Positions 48,173 to 57,694 of a stretch of DNA of 64,000 nt are shown one piece after another. The notes under the pieces are model-generated. The model searched no databases and had not been told where the DNA came from. It was given only the letters and a program-made list of their open reading frames with translations. The first letter of the stretch is position 1; each line of letters starts with the position of its first letter. Source of the stretch: an uncultured Planctomycetota bacterium (GTDB taxonomy: Bacteria; Planctomycetota; PLA2; JAEUHO01); assembly GCA_963752285.1 (NCBI GenBank), contig CAVVXN010000002.1:320001-384000 (forward strand), in the 5' to 3' direction. The position numbers and the translations under genes were made by a program.

Positions 48173-49923
48173 CACGACACGCGCGCGAGGCCCGCCCGCG
48201 CCGCGCCGGGGCGGGCGACACCCGGGGCGAGGGCGAGGTAGGGCCCGAGCGCGAGGGCGTCGAGCCCGCCCTCGCAGAAGGTCTTCACGGCGTCGTCCGG
48301 GGTGCAGACGATCGGCTCCTCGTGCCGGTTGAAGGACGTGTTGATGAGCGTGGAGCGGCCCGTGGCGCGACGATAGCGGTCGAGCACCGCCCAGAGCCGC
48401 GGGTGCTCCGACCTCGTCGCGACCTGGCAGCGCGCGGTCCGGTCCACGTGCACCGCGCCGGGCGCCTCCTCGACGAGCTTCGGTCGCGCGGCGAACGCGA
48501 CGGTCATGTGGCGCCCGGCCTGCGGCGCGCGTTCGAGCCCGGCCACCCGCTCCGCCGCGCCCTCGTCGAGCAGGACGGGGGCGAACGGCATGAACTCGGT
48601 GCGGTTCAGACGGCGATTCAGGTCCTCGCGCACGTCGGACCGCTTCGCCTCGGCGAGGACGGAGCGATGGCCGAGCGCGCGGGGGCCGTACTCCATGCGC
48701 CCGTCGAAGTGCGCGACGACGCGACCCGACGCCAGGAGCCGCGCGACCTCCTCCGCGAGGTCCGCGGGCCGGTGGTGGGGGACGGGCCCGAGCGCGCGCC
48801 GGAGCGCGGCGTCGTCGAAGCCCGGGCCCAGCGCGAGGCTCGGGAGCGTCCACCCCGCGGGACGAAGCGCCGCGAGCACGGCGCCGACGGCGAGACCCCC
48901 GTCGCCCATGTGCGGGAACACGTGGAGCCGTCTCGTCCCCTCGGCCCCGGCCAGGCGCGCGTTCAGCCGCACGTTCGCGAAGACGCCGCCGGCGACGCAG
49001 AGGTCGCCGACGCCGGTGCGCCGCTGGTGCTCGCCGACGATCGCGAGGAGGCCGGTCTCGAGGCCCTGCTGGAGCCAGGCGGCGACGTCCTCGCGCGCGT
49101 ACGCGGACAGGCGCGCGAGCCAGGGCCACGCGCGGAGGCCCCACGCGCCGTCGTAGCGGAGCGCGCCGTCCTCGTAGCGGAGGGGGAACGGCACGCCGAC
49201 GCGCCGCGCGTCGCCCGCGGCGGCCAGCGCGAGGACCTTGCCCTCGTGGCGGTACGGACGGAAGCCGAGGTGGCGCGTGACGAGCGCGTAGAACGTGCCG
49301 AACGAGACGAACGGGTCGGCGGAGAAGACGCGCCGGACCCGCGTGCCCTCGGCGTAGGAAACGGTGAGCGAGCACCCGTCGCCGAGCGAGTCGGCCGTGA
49401 CGACGAGCGCGCGGTCGAAGCCGGAGCCGAAGTACGCGCTGGCCGCGTGGGCCGTGTGGTGGTCCACGAGGAGGAGGCGCGCGCGCCGGGCGCCGGCCGG
49501 CAGGCGGCGCCGGAGCAGCGGGCCGGCCAGCGCGGCCTCGATCCGGCCGCCGGGGCCGCCGGGGCGGTTCGTCGTGAGCCGGAGCCGGTAGCGGGCGAGG
49601 TCGGCCAGCCGCTCGAGAGGGGAGTCGGCGTGCTCGAACACGATCCCCGCCGTTCCCCCGAGGCGCGCCTGGAGCCGGCGCGAGAGCCGCGTTACGACCG
49701 ACGGGGTCGCGATGCCGCCCACGGCCACCAGGTCCACGTCGGACGGTCGGATCCCGCCCAGCGTGAGCACGGTGTCGATCGAGCGCTCGGGGAACCCGCC
49801 CTGGAGCTTGGTGCGGGTGAGTCGCTCCTCGTTCACGGCCGCGACGAGCCGGTCTCCGACGAAGAGGGCCGCGCCGGCATCCGAGATGCCGTCCACCAGG
49901 CCGAGCACCGCGCGTTCCGTCAC
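48172..49923 (-). CDS. Carbamoyltransferase (NodU/CmcH family)
   Basis: AVNEERLTR.K, HHTAHAASAY, EGKVLALAA, AGGVFANV, GDGG, EYGPRALGHRS, FMPFAP, NTSFN.HEEPIV. Confidence 0.93.
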   Translation of the reverse strand: MTERAVLGLVDGISDAGAALFVGDRLVAAVNEERLTRTKLQGGFPERSIDTVLTLGGIRPSDVDLVAVGGIATPSVVTRLSRRLQARLGGTAGIVFEHADSPLERLADLARYRLRLTTNRPGGPGGRIEAALAGPLLRRRLPAGARRARLLLVDHHTAHAASAYFGSGFDRALVVTADSLGDGCSLTVSYAEGTRVRRVFSADPFVSFGTFYALVTRHLGFRPYRHEGKVLALAAAGDARRVGVPFPLRYEDGALRYDGAWGLRAWPWLARLSAYAREDVAAWLQQGLETGLLAIVGEHQRRTGVGDLCVAGGVFANVRLNARLAGAEGTRRLHVFPHMGDGGLAVGAVLAALRPAGWTLPSLALGPGFDDAALRRALGPVPHHRPADLAEEVARLLASGRVVAHFDGRMEYGPRALGHRSVLAEAKRSDVREDLNRRLNRTEFMPFAPVLLDEGAAERVAGLERAPQAGRHMTVAFAARPKLVEEAPGAVHVDRTARCQVATRSEHPRLWAVLDRYRRATGRSTLINTSFNRHEEPIVCTPDDAVKTFCEGGLDALALGPYLALAPGVARPGAARAGLARVS

Positions 49924-50687
49924 GTGGTGCGCTCCCTCGACCGGGCGGCGGCGCGCTCCTCGGGGGTCGCCGCGTACTTCCCGCGCCAGTCGCGCCACGC
50001 GATGCAGAGGAGCTCCAGGAGGCTCTTCGGGACCGCGAGCAGCACGCGGACGCGCGAGTCGGGGTCGTGCCGCCACGCGACCGGCAGCTCGCGTCGTACG
50101 AGCCCCAGCCGGCGGGCGATCAAGGCGATCTCGGCGTCGAAGGCCCAGCCGTCCACCCGCGAGCGCCCGAACACGGCCGCCGCCGCGGGGCGGCGGAACC
50201 CCTTGAAGCCGCACGTGATGTCCGTCGCCGAACGGTCGCAGAGGAGGCGCGACAGCGCGAGGAACCCCCGACCGAGCCAGCGCCTCGCCCGGTTCTGCGC
50301 CACGACGATCGCGGCGCCGTCCCGGTTGCGCGATCCCGCCACCACGTCCGCCCCGTCGAGGAGGTGGGGCACCGCGCGGTCGATCGCGTCGAGCGGCGTC
50401 GAGAGGTCGGCGTCGAGGAAGAAGACCAGGTCGCCCCGCGCGGCCTTGACCCCCTCGCGGACCGCGCCGCCCTTCCCCCGGTTCTCGGGGAGCTCCACGA
50501 GCCGGATCCGGCTCGTCCGCCGCGCGGCCTCGCGGACCACCTCGGCCGTGCCGTCCCGGCTCCCGTCCTCGACGCAGATCACCTCGTAGTCCACGCCGAG
50601 CCGGTCGAGGTGGGGCACGATCTCGTCGAGCGCGGGGCCGATGCGGCGGGCCTCGTTGTAGGTGGGGATGATGACGCTGAGGTCCAT
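49920..50687 (-). CDS. GT2 dolichyl/undecaprenyl-phosphate glycosyltransferase
   Basis: LSVIIPTYNE, EDGSRDGT, NRGKGGAV, DADLSTP, CGFKGF, WAFDAE. Confidence 0.9.
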   Translation of the reverse strand: MDLSVIIPTYNEARRIGPALDEIVPHLDRLGVDYEVICVEDGSRDGTAEVVREAARRTSRIRLVELPENRGKGGAVREGVKAARGDLVFFLDADLSTPLDAIDRAVPHLLDGADVVAGSRNRDGAAIVVAQNRARRWLGRGFLALSRLLCDRSATDITCGFKGFRRPAAAAVFGRSRVDGWAFDAEIALIARRLGLVRRELPVAWRHDPDSRVRVLLAVPKSLLELLCIAWRDWRGKYAATPEERAAARSRERTT

Positions 50688-50823
50688 GGTCGGCCGGGAT
50701 CTTACCGCTCGCGCCCCTCGGGATCGCGCCTCGCGTCGCGCCCGCCGGGGGACCACGCCCCTCGGCCCGTGGTTCCCTGGGGACCGGCGACGGCGCCCAC
50801 GCGCGATCGGCGGGAGGATCTCG

Positions 50824-51405
50824 ATGGCGAACGTGCTCCGAGGCCGGGACGGGGTCCTCGCCGGGCACGCCGGGCTCGCCGGCCTGGCGCTCCTCCTCGT
50901 CCTGGCCACCACCGGATGCGGCGACCACGACGAGACGGCGGCGACCCCGCGTCGGGGCGCCCCGGAGGCGTCCCCGGAGCCGGCCCTGCCGCCTCCGGCC
51001 GCGATCGCCCCCTGCGAGCTCCTGACGCTCGCCGACGCCCGGGCCGTGCTCCCGGGCGCGAAGGAGGGGATCGTCTCCCACGACGGGAAGTCGCTCCAGA
51101 AGGGGATCCGCCTCTACCAGTGCACGTACGCGAACGACCGCGGCGCGGTCCTGGTGGTCGGGGTGCGCGTGGCCGAGGACCGGGAGAGCATCGCGTGGAC
51201 CGGCGCGAGCGAGATCTCCCACGGGGGCGAGAAGCGCGTGGACGTCGGGGAGAAGGGGTGGCTTCGCGTCGACGAGAACCGGGCGGTCGTGACGGCCGTC
51301 CACGGCTGGTGCGTGGCCGAGGTCGCGCTCACCGGGGCGGGCGCCGGGGCGCGTGGCGACGCGCTCGTGGACCTGGCGAAGCGGGTGGTGGACCACCTGC
51401 CCTGA
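50824..51405 (+). CDS. Putative lipoprotein
   Basis: GGAGG SD, hydrophobic stretch then LATTG|C lipobox-like site, Pro-rich linker, PCELLT...QCTY. Confidence 0.65.
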   Translation: MANVLRGRDGVLAGHAGLAGLALLLVLATTGCGDHDETAATPRRGAPEASPEPALPPPAAIAPCELLTLADARAVLPGAKEGIVSHDGKSLQKGIRLYQCTYANDRGAVLVVGVRVAEDRESIAWTGASEISHGGEKRVDVGEKGWLRVDENRAVVTAVHGWCVAEVALTGAGAGARGDALVDLAKRVVDHLP

Positions 51406-51422
51406 GGCCCCACCCGGCGCGC

Positions 51423-52583
51423 TCACGCCCCGTTTGGCCCGGTCCTGCGAATGCGCGCGATCGCCTCGACGACGACCCGACGGGCCTCGTCCACCTCCGC
51501 CTCGGTCGTGAAGCGCCCGAGGCCGAACCGAACGCTCTGGTCGGCCGTCCGCTTCGGGAGGCCCATCGCCGCGAGCACGTAGGAGGGCTCGAGCCCCGCG
51601 GACGCGCACGCCGAGCCCGTCGCCATGGCGACCGAGGGCACCGCGAGGACGAGCGCCTCGCCCTCGACGCCCTCGACCGAGAGCGCCGACACGTTCGGCA
51701 GGCGGTGGCGGACGTCGCCGAGCACCGCGACGCCGGGCGCCGCGTTCGCGATGCCGTCTTCGAGCCGGTCGCGGAGCGTCGACACGCGCCGCGCGTCGTC
51801 GGCTCGTCGCTCGCGGCAGATCTCGGCGGCGCGCCCCATGCCGACCGCGCCGGGGAGGTTGGGGGCGCCGGCCCGCAGGCCGCCCTCCTGGCCCCCGCCG
51901 TACAGCAACGGCGCGAGGCGGACCCGCGGTCTCCGGCGGACGTAGAGGGCGCCGACGCCCATCGGACCGTGCATGCGGTGGGCGCTCAGCGAGAGGAGGT
52001 GGACGCCCATGCGACGCACGTCGAGCTCCACCCACGCCGCGGCCTGCGTCGCGTCGGCGTGGAACGTCACGCCCCGCGCGGCGGCGAGGTGGCCCACCGC
52101 CTCGACGTCCTGGAGCGTCCCGACCTCGGCGTTCGCGACCTGGACCGACACCAGCGCCACCTCGCCGTCGAGCGCCCGTTCGAGCGCCGCGAGGTCCACG
52201 CGCCCGACCGAGTCCACGCCGACGAAGGTCACCGGTACGCCCTGCTTCTCGAGCGCGCGGGCGGCGTCGTGGACCGCGCGGTTCTCGACCGCGCTCACGA
52301 CGACCCGTTCCCCGGCGCCGCGCGCGCGGACGCGGCCGAGGACGGCGAGGTTGTCGGCCTCCGTGCCGCCCGACGTGAATACGATCTCGCGCGGCTCGGC
52401 GTGCACGAGGTCGGCGACCTCGGCGCGCGCGAGCTCGAGCGCCTTCTCGGCGTCCCAGCCGAACACGTGGTGCGGGCTCGCGGGGTTCCCGAACCGGCCG
52501 CCCAGCCACGGGTCCATGGCCCGGGCGACGTCGGGATCGAGGGGCGTCGTGGCCGTGTGGTCGAGGTAGATCCGGGTCGTCAC
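51423..52583 (-). CDS. IscS/NifS-like cysteine-desulfurase homolog with substituted PLP-binding residues
   Basis: YLDHTATTP, FGNPAS, FTSGGTEADN, DATQA, GGGQE, GSAC retained; SAHR replaces SAHK and ENRAV replaces EHxAV. Confidence 0.88.
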   Translation of the reverse strand: MTTRIYLDHTATTPLDPDVARAMDPWLGGRFGNPASPHHVFGWDAEKALELARAEVADLVHAEPREIVFTSGGTEADNLAVLGRVRARGAGERVVVSAVENRAVHDAARALEKQGVPVTFVGVDSVGRVDLAALERALDGEVALVSVQVANAEVGTLQDVEAVGHLAAARGVTFHADATQAAAWVELDVRRMGVHLLSLSAHRMHGPMGVGALYVRRRPRVRLAPLLYGGGQEGGLRAGAPNLPGAVGMGRAAEICRERRADDARRVSTLRDRLEDGIANAAPGVAVLGDVRHRLPNVSALSVEGVEGEALVLAVPSVAMATGSACASAGLEPSYVLAAMGLPKRTADQSVRFGLGRFTTEAEVDEARRVVVEAIARIRRTGPNGA

Positions 52584-52724
52584 GCCCTGAGACTATCGCC
52601 GGCGGGCCGCGGTCCCCTCGGCGTCGCCGGGCGCGCGCGGTCCCTTCCGGCGGCCGGTATCATCCCCGGTGTACGCGCCCGGGCGCCCGATCCCAGGCGG
52701 AGCGCGCCCCAGAGGAGTCCGACC

Positions 52725-53057
52725 TTGTCCGTGATCGTCCTCACCACGAAGGCGGCCCAGAAGGTCCGCGAGCTGATGAAGCAGCCCGAGCAGCGGGATG
52801 CGAAGGGCCTCCGCGTCCGCGTCGTGGGCGGGGGGTGCTCCGGGCTCTCCTACCAGCTGGCCCTCGAGCGCGACGCCGAGCCGACCGACCGCGTCTTCGA
52901 GTCCGAGGGGATCTCGATCTTCGTGGACCCGAAGAGCGACCTCTTCGTGCACGGCACCGAGATCGACTATCAGGAGTCCCTGATGGGCTCGGGGTTCCAG
53001 TTCAAGAACCCCAATGCCACGGGGTCTTGCGGCTGCGGCTCCTCGTTCTCGGCGTGA
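52725..53057 (+). CDS. erpA: A-type Fe-S carrier (IscA/ErpA, HesB family)
   Basis: GGGCSG..Y, F.NPNA..SCGCGSSF; AGGAG SD; TTG start (GTG 52731 alternative). Confidence 0.92.
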   Translation: MSVIVLTTKAAQKVRELMKQPEQRDAKGLRVRVVGGGCSGLSYQLALERDAEPTDRVFESEGISIFVDPKSDLFVHGTEIDYQESLMGSGFQFKNPNATGSCGCGSSFSA

Positions 53058-53067
53058 GGGACGCGCC

Positions 53068-53709
53068 ATGGGCGCGCTCCAGCACTTCCTCGAGCGGGCC
53101 GCCGCCGACCACATCGAAGCGTTCGATGCGTGGTTCCCGGCCGGCTTCGACTGGGCGCGGCTCTGCGGCGACGTGCCCCGCCTCGCGCGCGAGGGCGGCG
53201 TTGCGACGGAGGGGCTCCCCGACGAGGACCTCGTGAAGATGGCCCGGGCCGTCTTCCGGGGCGCGCACCTGTTCACGCTCGCCGTGCTCGCGGCGGGAAG
53301 CGAGGGCCGGGGCGATCCCCAGGACCTCCTCTCCCGTCTCACCTCGCCGCCCGACGAGGAGGTCGAGGAGCACTTCCTCGCCCTCGCGGAGGAGCTTCTC
53401 CCGAGCGTCGAAGCGCGGATCCCGATCGAGACGTCCGGCGCGGAGCAAAGCGCTCCGCCCAAGGACGACGACGAGGGCGTCGACGAGGCCGAGGCGGCGA
53501 TCCGCCGCGCGGTGGCCCTCGTCCGCGCGACGGCGCCCGCCGTCGAGCACGTCCTCGCGAACGACGAGAGCCGCGTGTTCGCGCGCGCGGGAGAGACCGC
53601 GGGCGTGCTCTGGGCCCTCGCGCGGGTCGCGGCGGCGCTCGCGGCGCTGCGGTGGATGGCGTCGGAGCGCCTCGAGGAAGACTGGCCGCGTCTCGACCTC
53701 GCGGGCTGA
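53068..53709 (+). CDS. Hypothetical alpha-helical protein
   Basis: Acidic 213-aa ORF between erpA and trxB with natural composition. Confidence 0.65.
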   Translation: MGALQHFLERAAADHIEAFDAWFPAGFDWARLCGDVPRLAREGGVATEGLPDEDLVKMARAVFRGAHLFTLAVLAAGSEGRGDPQDLLSRLTSPPDEEVEEHFLALAEELLPSVEARIPIETSGAEQSAPPKDDDEGVDEAEAAIRRAVALVRATAPAVEHVLANDESRVFARAGETAGVLWALARVAAALAALRWMASERLEEDWPRLDLAG

Positions 53710-53746
53710 CGGAGGTGGGGTAGCATCCCCGCCGCGGAGGGCATCC

Positions 53747-54718
53747 ATGACGAGCGACCGGGTCGAGAAAGTCACGATCATCGGAAGCGGTCCGGCGGGC
53801 TGGACCGCGGCGATCTACGCGGCGCGCGCCGCCCTGGACCCCCTCGTGTACGAGGGCGCGCCCTCGCAGCAGATGATCCCCGGCGGGCAGCTGATGTTCA
53901 CGACGGAGGTCGAGAACTACCCCGGCTTCCCCCACGGCGTGGACGGCAAGGAGATGATGGGGCTGTTCCGCGAGCAGGCCGCGCGTTTCGGTACCCGCAT
54001 CGTGACGGACGACATCGCGCACTGCGACCTCTCGGAGCGGCCGTTCCGTCTGCGGAGCCTCGAGGGCCAGGAGATCCTCACCCACACCGTGATCATCGCG
54101 ACGGGCGCGAAGGCGAAGTGGCTGAACCTCGAGAACGAGCAGCGACTCGCCCAGACGGGCGGAGGCGTCTCCGCGTGCGCGGTGTGCGACGGCGCGCTGC
54201 CGGTGTTCCGCGACCAGCACCTGGTGGTGGTCGGCGGTGGCGACACCGCCATGGAGGAGGCGCACTATCTCACGAAGTTCGCGGGCAAGGTCACGGTCGT
54301 CCACCGTCGGGACGCGTTCCGCGCGAGCCAGATCATGCAGGACCGCCTCCTCGCGAGCCCGAAGGTCGAGGTGGCCTGGAACAGCGAGGTGACCGAGGTG
54401 TTCGGCGAGGACCGGATCTCCGGGGTCGAGCTCACCGACACGAAGACGAGCGCGAAGCGACAGGTGGACTGCCGCGGCCTGTTCATCGCGATCGGCCACG
54501 AGCCGAACACGCGGTTCCTCGAGGGCCAGATCACGACCGACGAGCAGGGCTACATCGTTCTGCCCGACCCCGCGCGCACCACCACGAACGTGAACGGCGT
54601 CTTCGCCGTGGGCGACGTGACGGACAAGGTGTACAAGCAGGCGATCACCGCCGCTGGCATGGGCTGCCGCGGCGCGCTCGACGCCGAACGCTGGCTCGCG
54701 GCGGCCGGGGTGCACTGA
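53747..54718 (+). CDS. trxB: Thioredoxin-disulfide reductase
   Basis: IIGSGPAG, GGQL..TTEVENYPGF, CAVCDG, GGGDTAMEEA, HRRD.FRAS, QAITAAG.G. Confidence 0.97.
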   Translation: MTSDRVEKVTIIGSGPAGWTAAIYAARAALDPLVYEGAPSQQMIPGGQLMFTTEVENYPGFPHGVDGKEMMGLFREQAARFGTRIVTDDIAHCDLSERPFRLRSLEGQEILTHTVIIATGAKAKWLNLENEQRLAQTGGGVSACAVCDGALPVFRDQHLVVVGGGDTAMEEAHYLTKFAGKVTVVHRRDAFRASQIMQDRLLASPKVEVAWNSEVTEVFGEDRISGVELTDTKTSAKRQVDCRGLFIAIGHEPNTRFLEGQITTDEQGYIVLPDPARTTTNVNGVFAVGDVTDKVYKQAITAAGMGCRGALDAERWLAAAGVH

Positions 54719-54755
54719 CCCGGGGGCCGCCCCGCGCGCGGGCGGGTCGGGGGGC

Positions 54756-55970
54756 TCAGGAGGCGGGCGCGACCAGGAACACCTTTCCCTGGTCGAGCGA
54801 GACGACGTAGAGCTCGCCCTGGTTGTCCTCGCCCATCGAGCAGGCGCCGGCGACCTTCGCGAGCGTCCGCCAGTCCTTCGCCTGTCCGCTCGCCACGTCG
54901 ATCACGTACACGGAGCCGCGTGCGTAGTCGCCGAACAGGTACTTGCCCTGGAGCGCCGGGACGCGGCTGCCCCGGTACACGTAGCCGCCCCAGCCCGCCG
55001 TGACGTCCGGGTCCGGGCCCCGGACCCAGTCGAAGAACGACTTCGCGAACGAGGCGGCCGACACGTTCTGCGGCATGGGCTCGAGCGGACGGCTCCCCTC
55101 CATGTAGGGCCAGCCGTGGTTCTTGCCCCGCTCCACCTTCACGACCCACTCGTGGCAGCCCTCGCCCTTCGAACCCGGCTCCGTGGTCCAGAGGGTGCCC
55201 TGCGCGTCGAACGAGAAGCGCCACGGGTTGCGGAACCCGTAGGCCCAGATCTCGCGTCGTACGCCGTTCGCGGTGGCCCAGGGGTTGTCCGAGGGGATCC
55301 CGTAGGCGAGCCCCGGCTGGGGGTGGTCCACGTCGATCCGCAAGAACTTGCCCAAGAGGGAGGTCGGGTTCTGGGAGGTCAGCGTCGCCGCCTCCTTCTG
55401 GTTCCCGTTGTCGCCCGTGCTGATGTAGAGCATGCCGTGGGGGCCGAAGGCGAGGCAGCCGGCGTTGTGCACGGCGGTCGTCTTGGGGATGACGAGCAGG
55501 TCCTTCTCGGAGGCCGGGTCGGCGGCGCCGCCCGTCGCGTGGAACTCGGCCACGACGATCTCGAAGCCGCCCGAGGCGGCTTGGCGGACGTAGTCGACGA
55601 AGAACCGTCCGTTCTGGGCGGCGGCCGGATGGAAGGCCATCCCCAGGAGGCCGCCCTGCATGCGGGGGAAGACCTTGGCGGTGATGTCGAGGAAGACGGC
55701 CGGCTGCGGGGCCGGCGTCTGGCCCCTCGGCTTCGCGATCCGCTTCACGCGCCCGACCTGCTCCAAGACGTAGAGGTCGTCCGATCCCTGGGGACCGGGC
55801 ACGAGGCCGAGGGGCGTCTCGAAGGTGAGGCCCGGGTACGCCTCGATGACGCGCGCCCCGGCCACGGCGGGGGGGTCGCCCTCGGCCGAGGCGGGACGCG
55901 GCGTGGCGGCGATGAGACCCGCGATCGCGAGGAGGGATCCGAGCCACAGCGACGGTCTGGCGTGCTTCAT
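54756..55970 (-). CDS. PQQ-dependent glucose/sorbosone dehydrogenase-family protein (exported)
   Basis: Signal peptide, GLLGMAFHP, HNAG.LAFGP.G.LYISTGD, GKFLRIDVD, YGFRNPWR.SFD, NHGWP. Confidence 0.9.
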   Translation of the reverse strand: MKHARPSLWLGSLLAIAGLIAATPRPASAEGDPPAVAGARVIEAYPGLTFETPLGLVPGPQGSDDLYVLEQVGRVKRIAKPRGQTPAPQPAVFLDITAKVFPRMQGGLLGMAFHPAAAQNGRFFVDYVRQAASGGFEIVVAEFHATGGAADPASEKDLLVIPKTTAVHNAGCLAFGPHGMLYISTGDNGNQKEAATLTSQNPTSLLGKFLRIDVDHPQPGLAYGIPSDNPWATANGVRREIWAYGFRNPWRFSFDAQGTLWTTEPGSKGEGCHEWVVKVERGKNHGWPYMEGSRPLEPMPQNVSAASFAKSFFDWVRGPDPDVTAGWGGYVYRGSRVPALQGKYLFGDYARGSVYVIDVASGQAKDWRTLAKVAGACSMGEDNQGELYVVSLDQGKVFLVAPAS

Positions 55971-56080
55971 GGTGTCCTCCGAGCGCGGCATCCTACTCCT
56001 CGCGGGGGGAGACGCGACCGAGGTCCCGGCAAACCGTCCGGAGGGAGCGCAGGCGCGGTATCGTCCGAGGTCCGGGCCCG

Positions 56081-56515
56081 ATGAACTTCGACTTTGCCAG
56101 CGTTCTGGTCTTCTCGGTCGCCGCGGGCCTCTTCGTGGTCGTGAACCTGCTCGTGGGGCGGCTCCTCCTCCGGCCCCGGAGCACCGACATCGGGTCCAAG
56201 CGCAGCATCTACGAGTGCGGCGAGCCGACCGTGGGGCGGGCGTGGATCCGCTTCGACATCCGCTTCTACACGATCGCGCTCATGTTCGTGGTGTTCGACG
56301 TCGAGGTCGCGCTCCTGTTCCCGTGGGGCGCCGTGTACCGCGACCTCGTCCAGTCGGGGGCCGGCCTCCTCGCGTTCGTGGAGGCGCTGACCTTCATCGT
56401 GATCTTGTCCGCGGGCCTCGCGTACGTGTGGGCGCGCGGCGACATCGAGTGGACCCCCCAGCCGACCGCCCGGCCCGGCGCGGCGCCCGGGCGGGAAGGA
56501 GACGTCGATGCCTGA
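56081..56515 (+). CDS. nuoA: NADH-quinone oxidoreductase subunit A
   Basis: [23 protein letters not shown]. Confidence 0.95.
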   Translation: MNFDFASVLVFSVAAGLFVVVNLLVGRLLLRPRSTDIGSKRSIYECGEPTVGRAWIRFDIRFYTIALMFVVFDVEVALLFPWGAVYRDLVQSGAGLLAFVEALTFIVILSAGLAYVWARGDIEWTPQPTARPGAAPGREGDVDA

Positions 56516-57125
56516 GCCGGTCGACCCCGCGCTCGACGCGGAGCTCCGGTCGCAGGTCGTGCTGACGCGCCTCGACCAGCTGAAGGACTGGGGGCGGCGG
56601 AACGCGCTCTGGCCCATGTCCTTCGGGCTCGCGTGCTGCGCCATGGAGATGATGGCCACCGCCGCCACGAAGTACGACCTCGACCGCTTCGGCGCCGGCG
56701 TGTTCCGCGCGTCGCCGCGGCAGAGCGACCTGATGATCGTGGCCGGCACCGTCACCCACAAGATGGCGGCGCGCGTGAAGCGGCTCTACGACCAGATGCC
56801 CGACCCCAAGTACGTGATCGCCATGGGCGCGTGCACGGTGGGGGGCGGGCCCTACGTGAAGTACGGCTACCACGTCGTGCAGGGCGTAGACCTGATCGTG
56901 CCCGTGGACGTGTACCTGCCTGGCTGCCCGCCCCGTCCGGAGGCGCTGATCGACGCGATCCGCAAGCTGCAACGCCGCATTCAGGAACGCGGCGGGTCCT
57001 CGCTCCCCGTGGAGCGTGTCGAGGAGGCCCGGACGCGCGCGCGCGACCTCGCCGCCACCGGGCGCCGGCCGGGTGAGGCGCCGATCGACGTTTCCGGCGC
57101 GGCGCCCGACGAGGGGGCGGCGTGA
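56508..57125 (+). CDS. nuoB: NADH-quinone oxidoreductase subunit B
   Basis: [31 protein letters not shown]. Confidence 0.96.
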   Translation: MPEPVDPALDAELRSQVVLTRLDQLKDWGRRNALWPMSFGLACCAMEMMATAATKYDLDRFGAGVFRASPRQSDLMIVAGTVTHKMAARVKRLYDQMPDPKYVIAMGACTVGGGPYVKYGYHVVQGVDLIVPVDVYLPGCPPRPEALIDAIRKLQRRIQERGGSSLPVERVEEARTRARDLAATGRRPGEAPIDVSGAAPDEGAA

Positions 57126-57694
57126 TCGCGGACGACGACCGCCGCGCCGCCGCGGGCGACGACCCCGTGGCGGTGGACGCCCGCGACCGGATCGCGGCGG
57201 CGTTCCCCGACGCCCTGGAGGAGACGGTCCTCGGCGGCCGCCACCCGTTCCTTCGCGTGAAGGCCGACCGGCTCTTTGACGTGTGCCGGTTCCTTCGCGA
57301 CGAGGCGGGCTACGAAGGCTGTCACCTCGTCACGGGCGTGGACCAGGGCCCCGAGGAGGGGACGATCGACGTCGTCTACCACCTCGTTTCCTGGTCGCGG
57401 CGTCCCGACGACGCGTACCGCCGTCGTCCCGAGAAGAACGACCCCTGGCTCGCGCTCGTGGTCCGTGTGCCGCGGGACCGCCCCGAGGTGCCCTCGGTTG
57501 CGTCCGTCTGGACGGGCGCGGACTGGCACGAGCGCGAGACGTACGACCTGGTCGGGGTGGTGTTCACGGGGCGCGACGACCTGCGGCGCATCCTCCTCCC
57601 CGAGGACTGGCCGGGCCACCCGCTCCGCAAGGACTGGACGTTCCCGCCCTCCTACCACGGCGCGCCGATCATCCCGCCCGAGGCCCAGCCATGA
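57122..57694 (+). CDS. nuoC: NADH-quinone oxidoreductase subunit C
   Basis: [29 protein letters not shown]. Confidence 0.93.
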   Translation: MIADDDRRAAAGDDPVAVDARDRIAAAFPDALEETVLGGRHPFLRVKADRLFDVCRFLRDEAGYEGCHLVTGVDQGPEEGTIDVVYHLVSWSRRPDDAYRRRPEKNDPWLALVVRVPRDRPEVPSVASVWTGADWHERETYDLVGVVFTGRDDLRRILLPEDWPGHPLRKDWTFPPSYHGAPIIPPEAQP

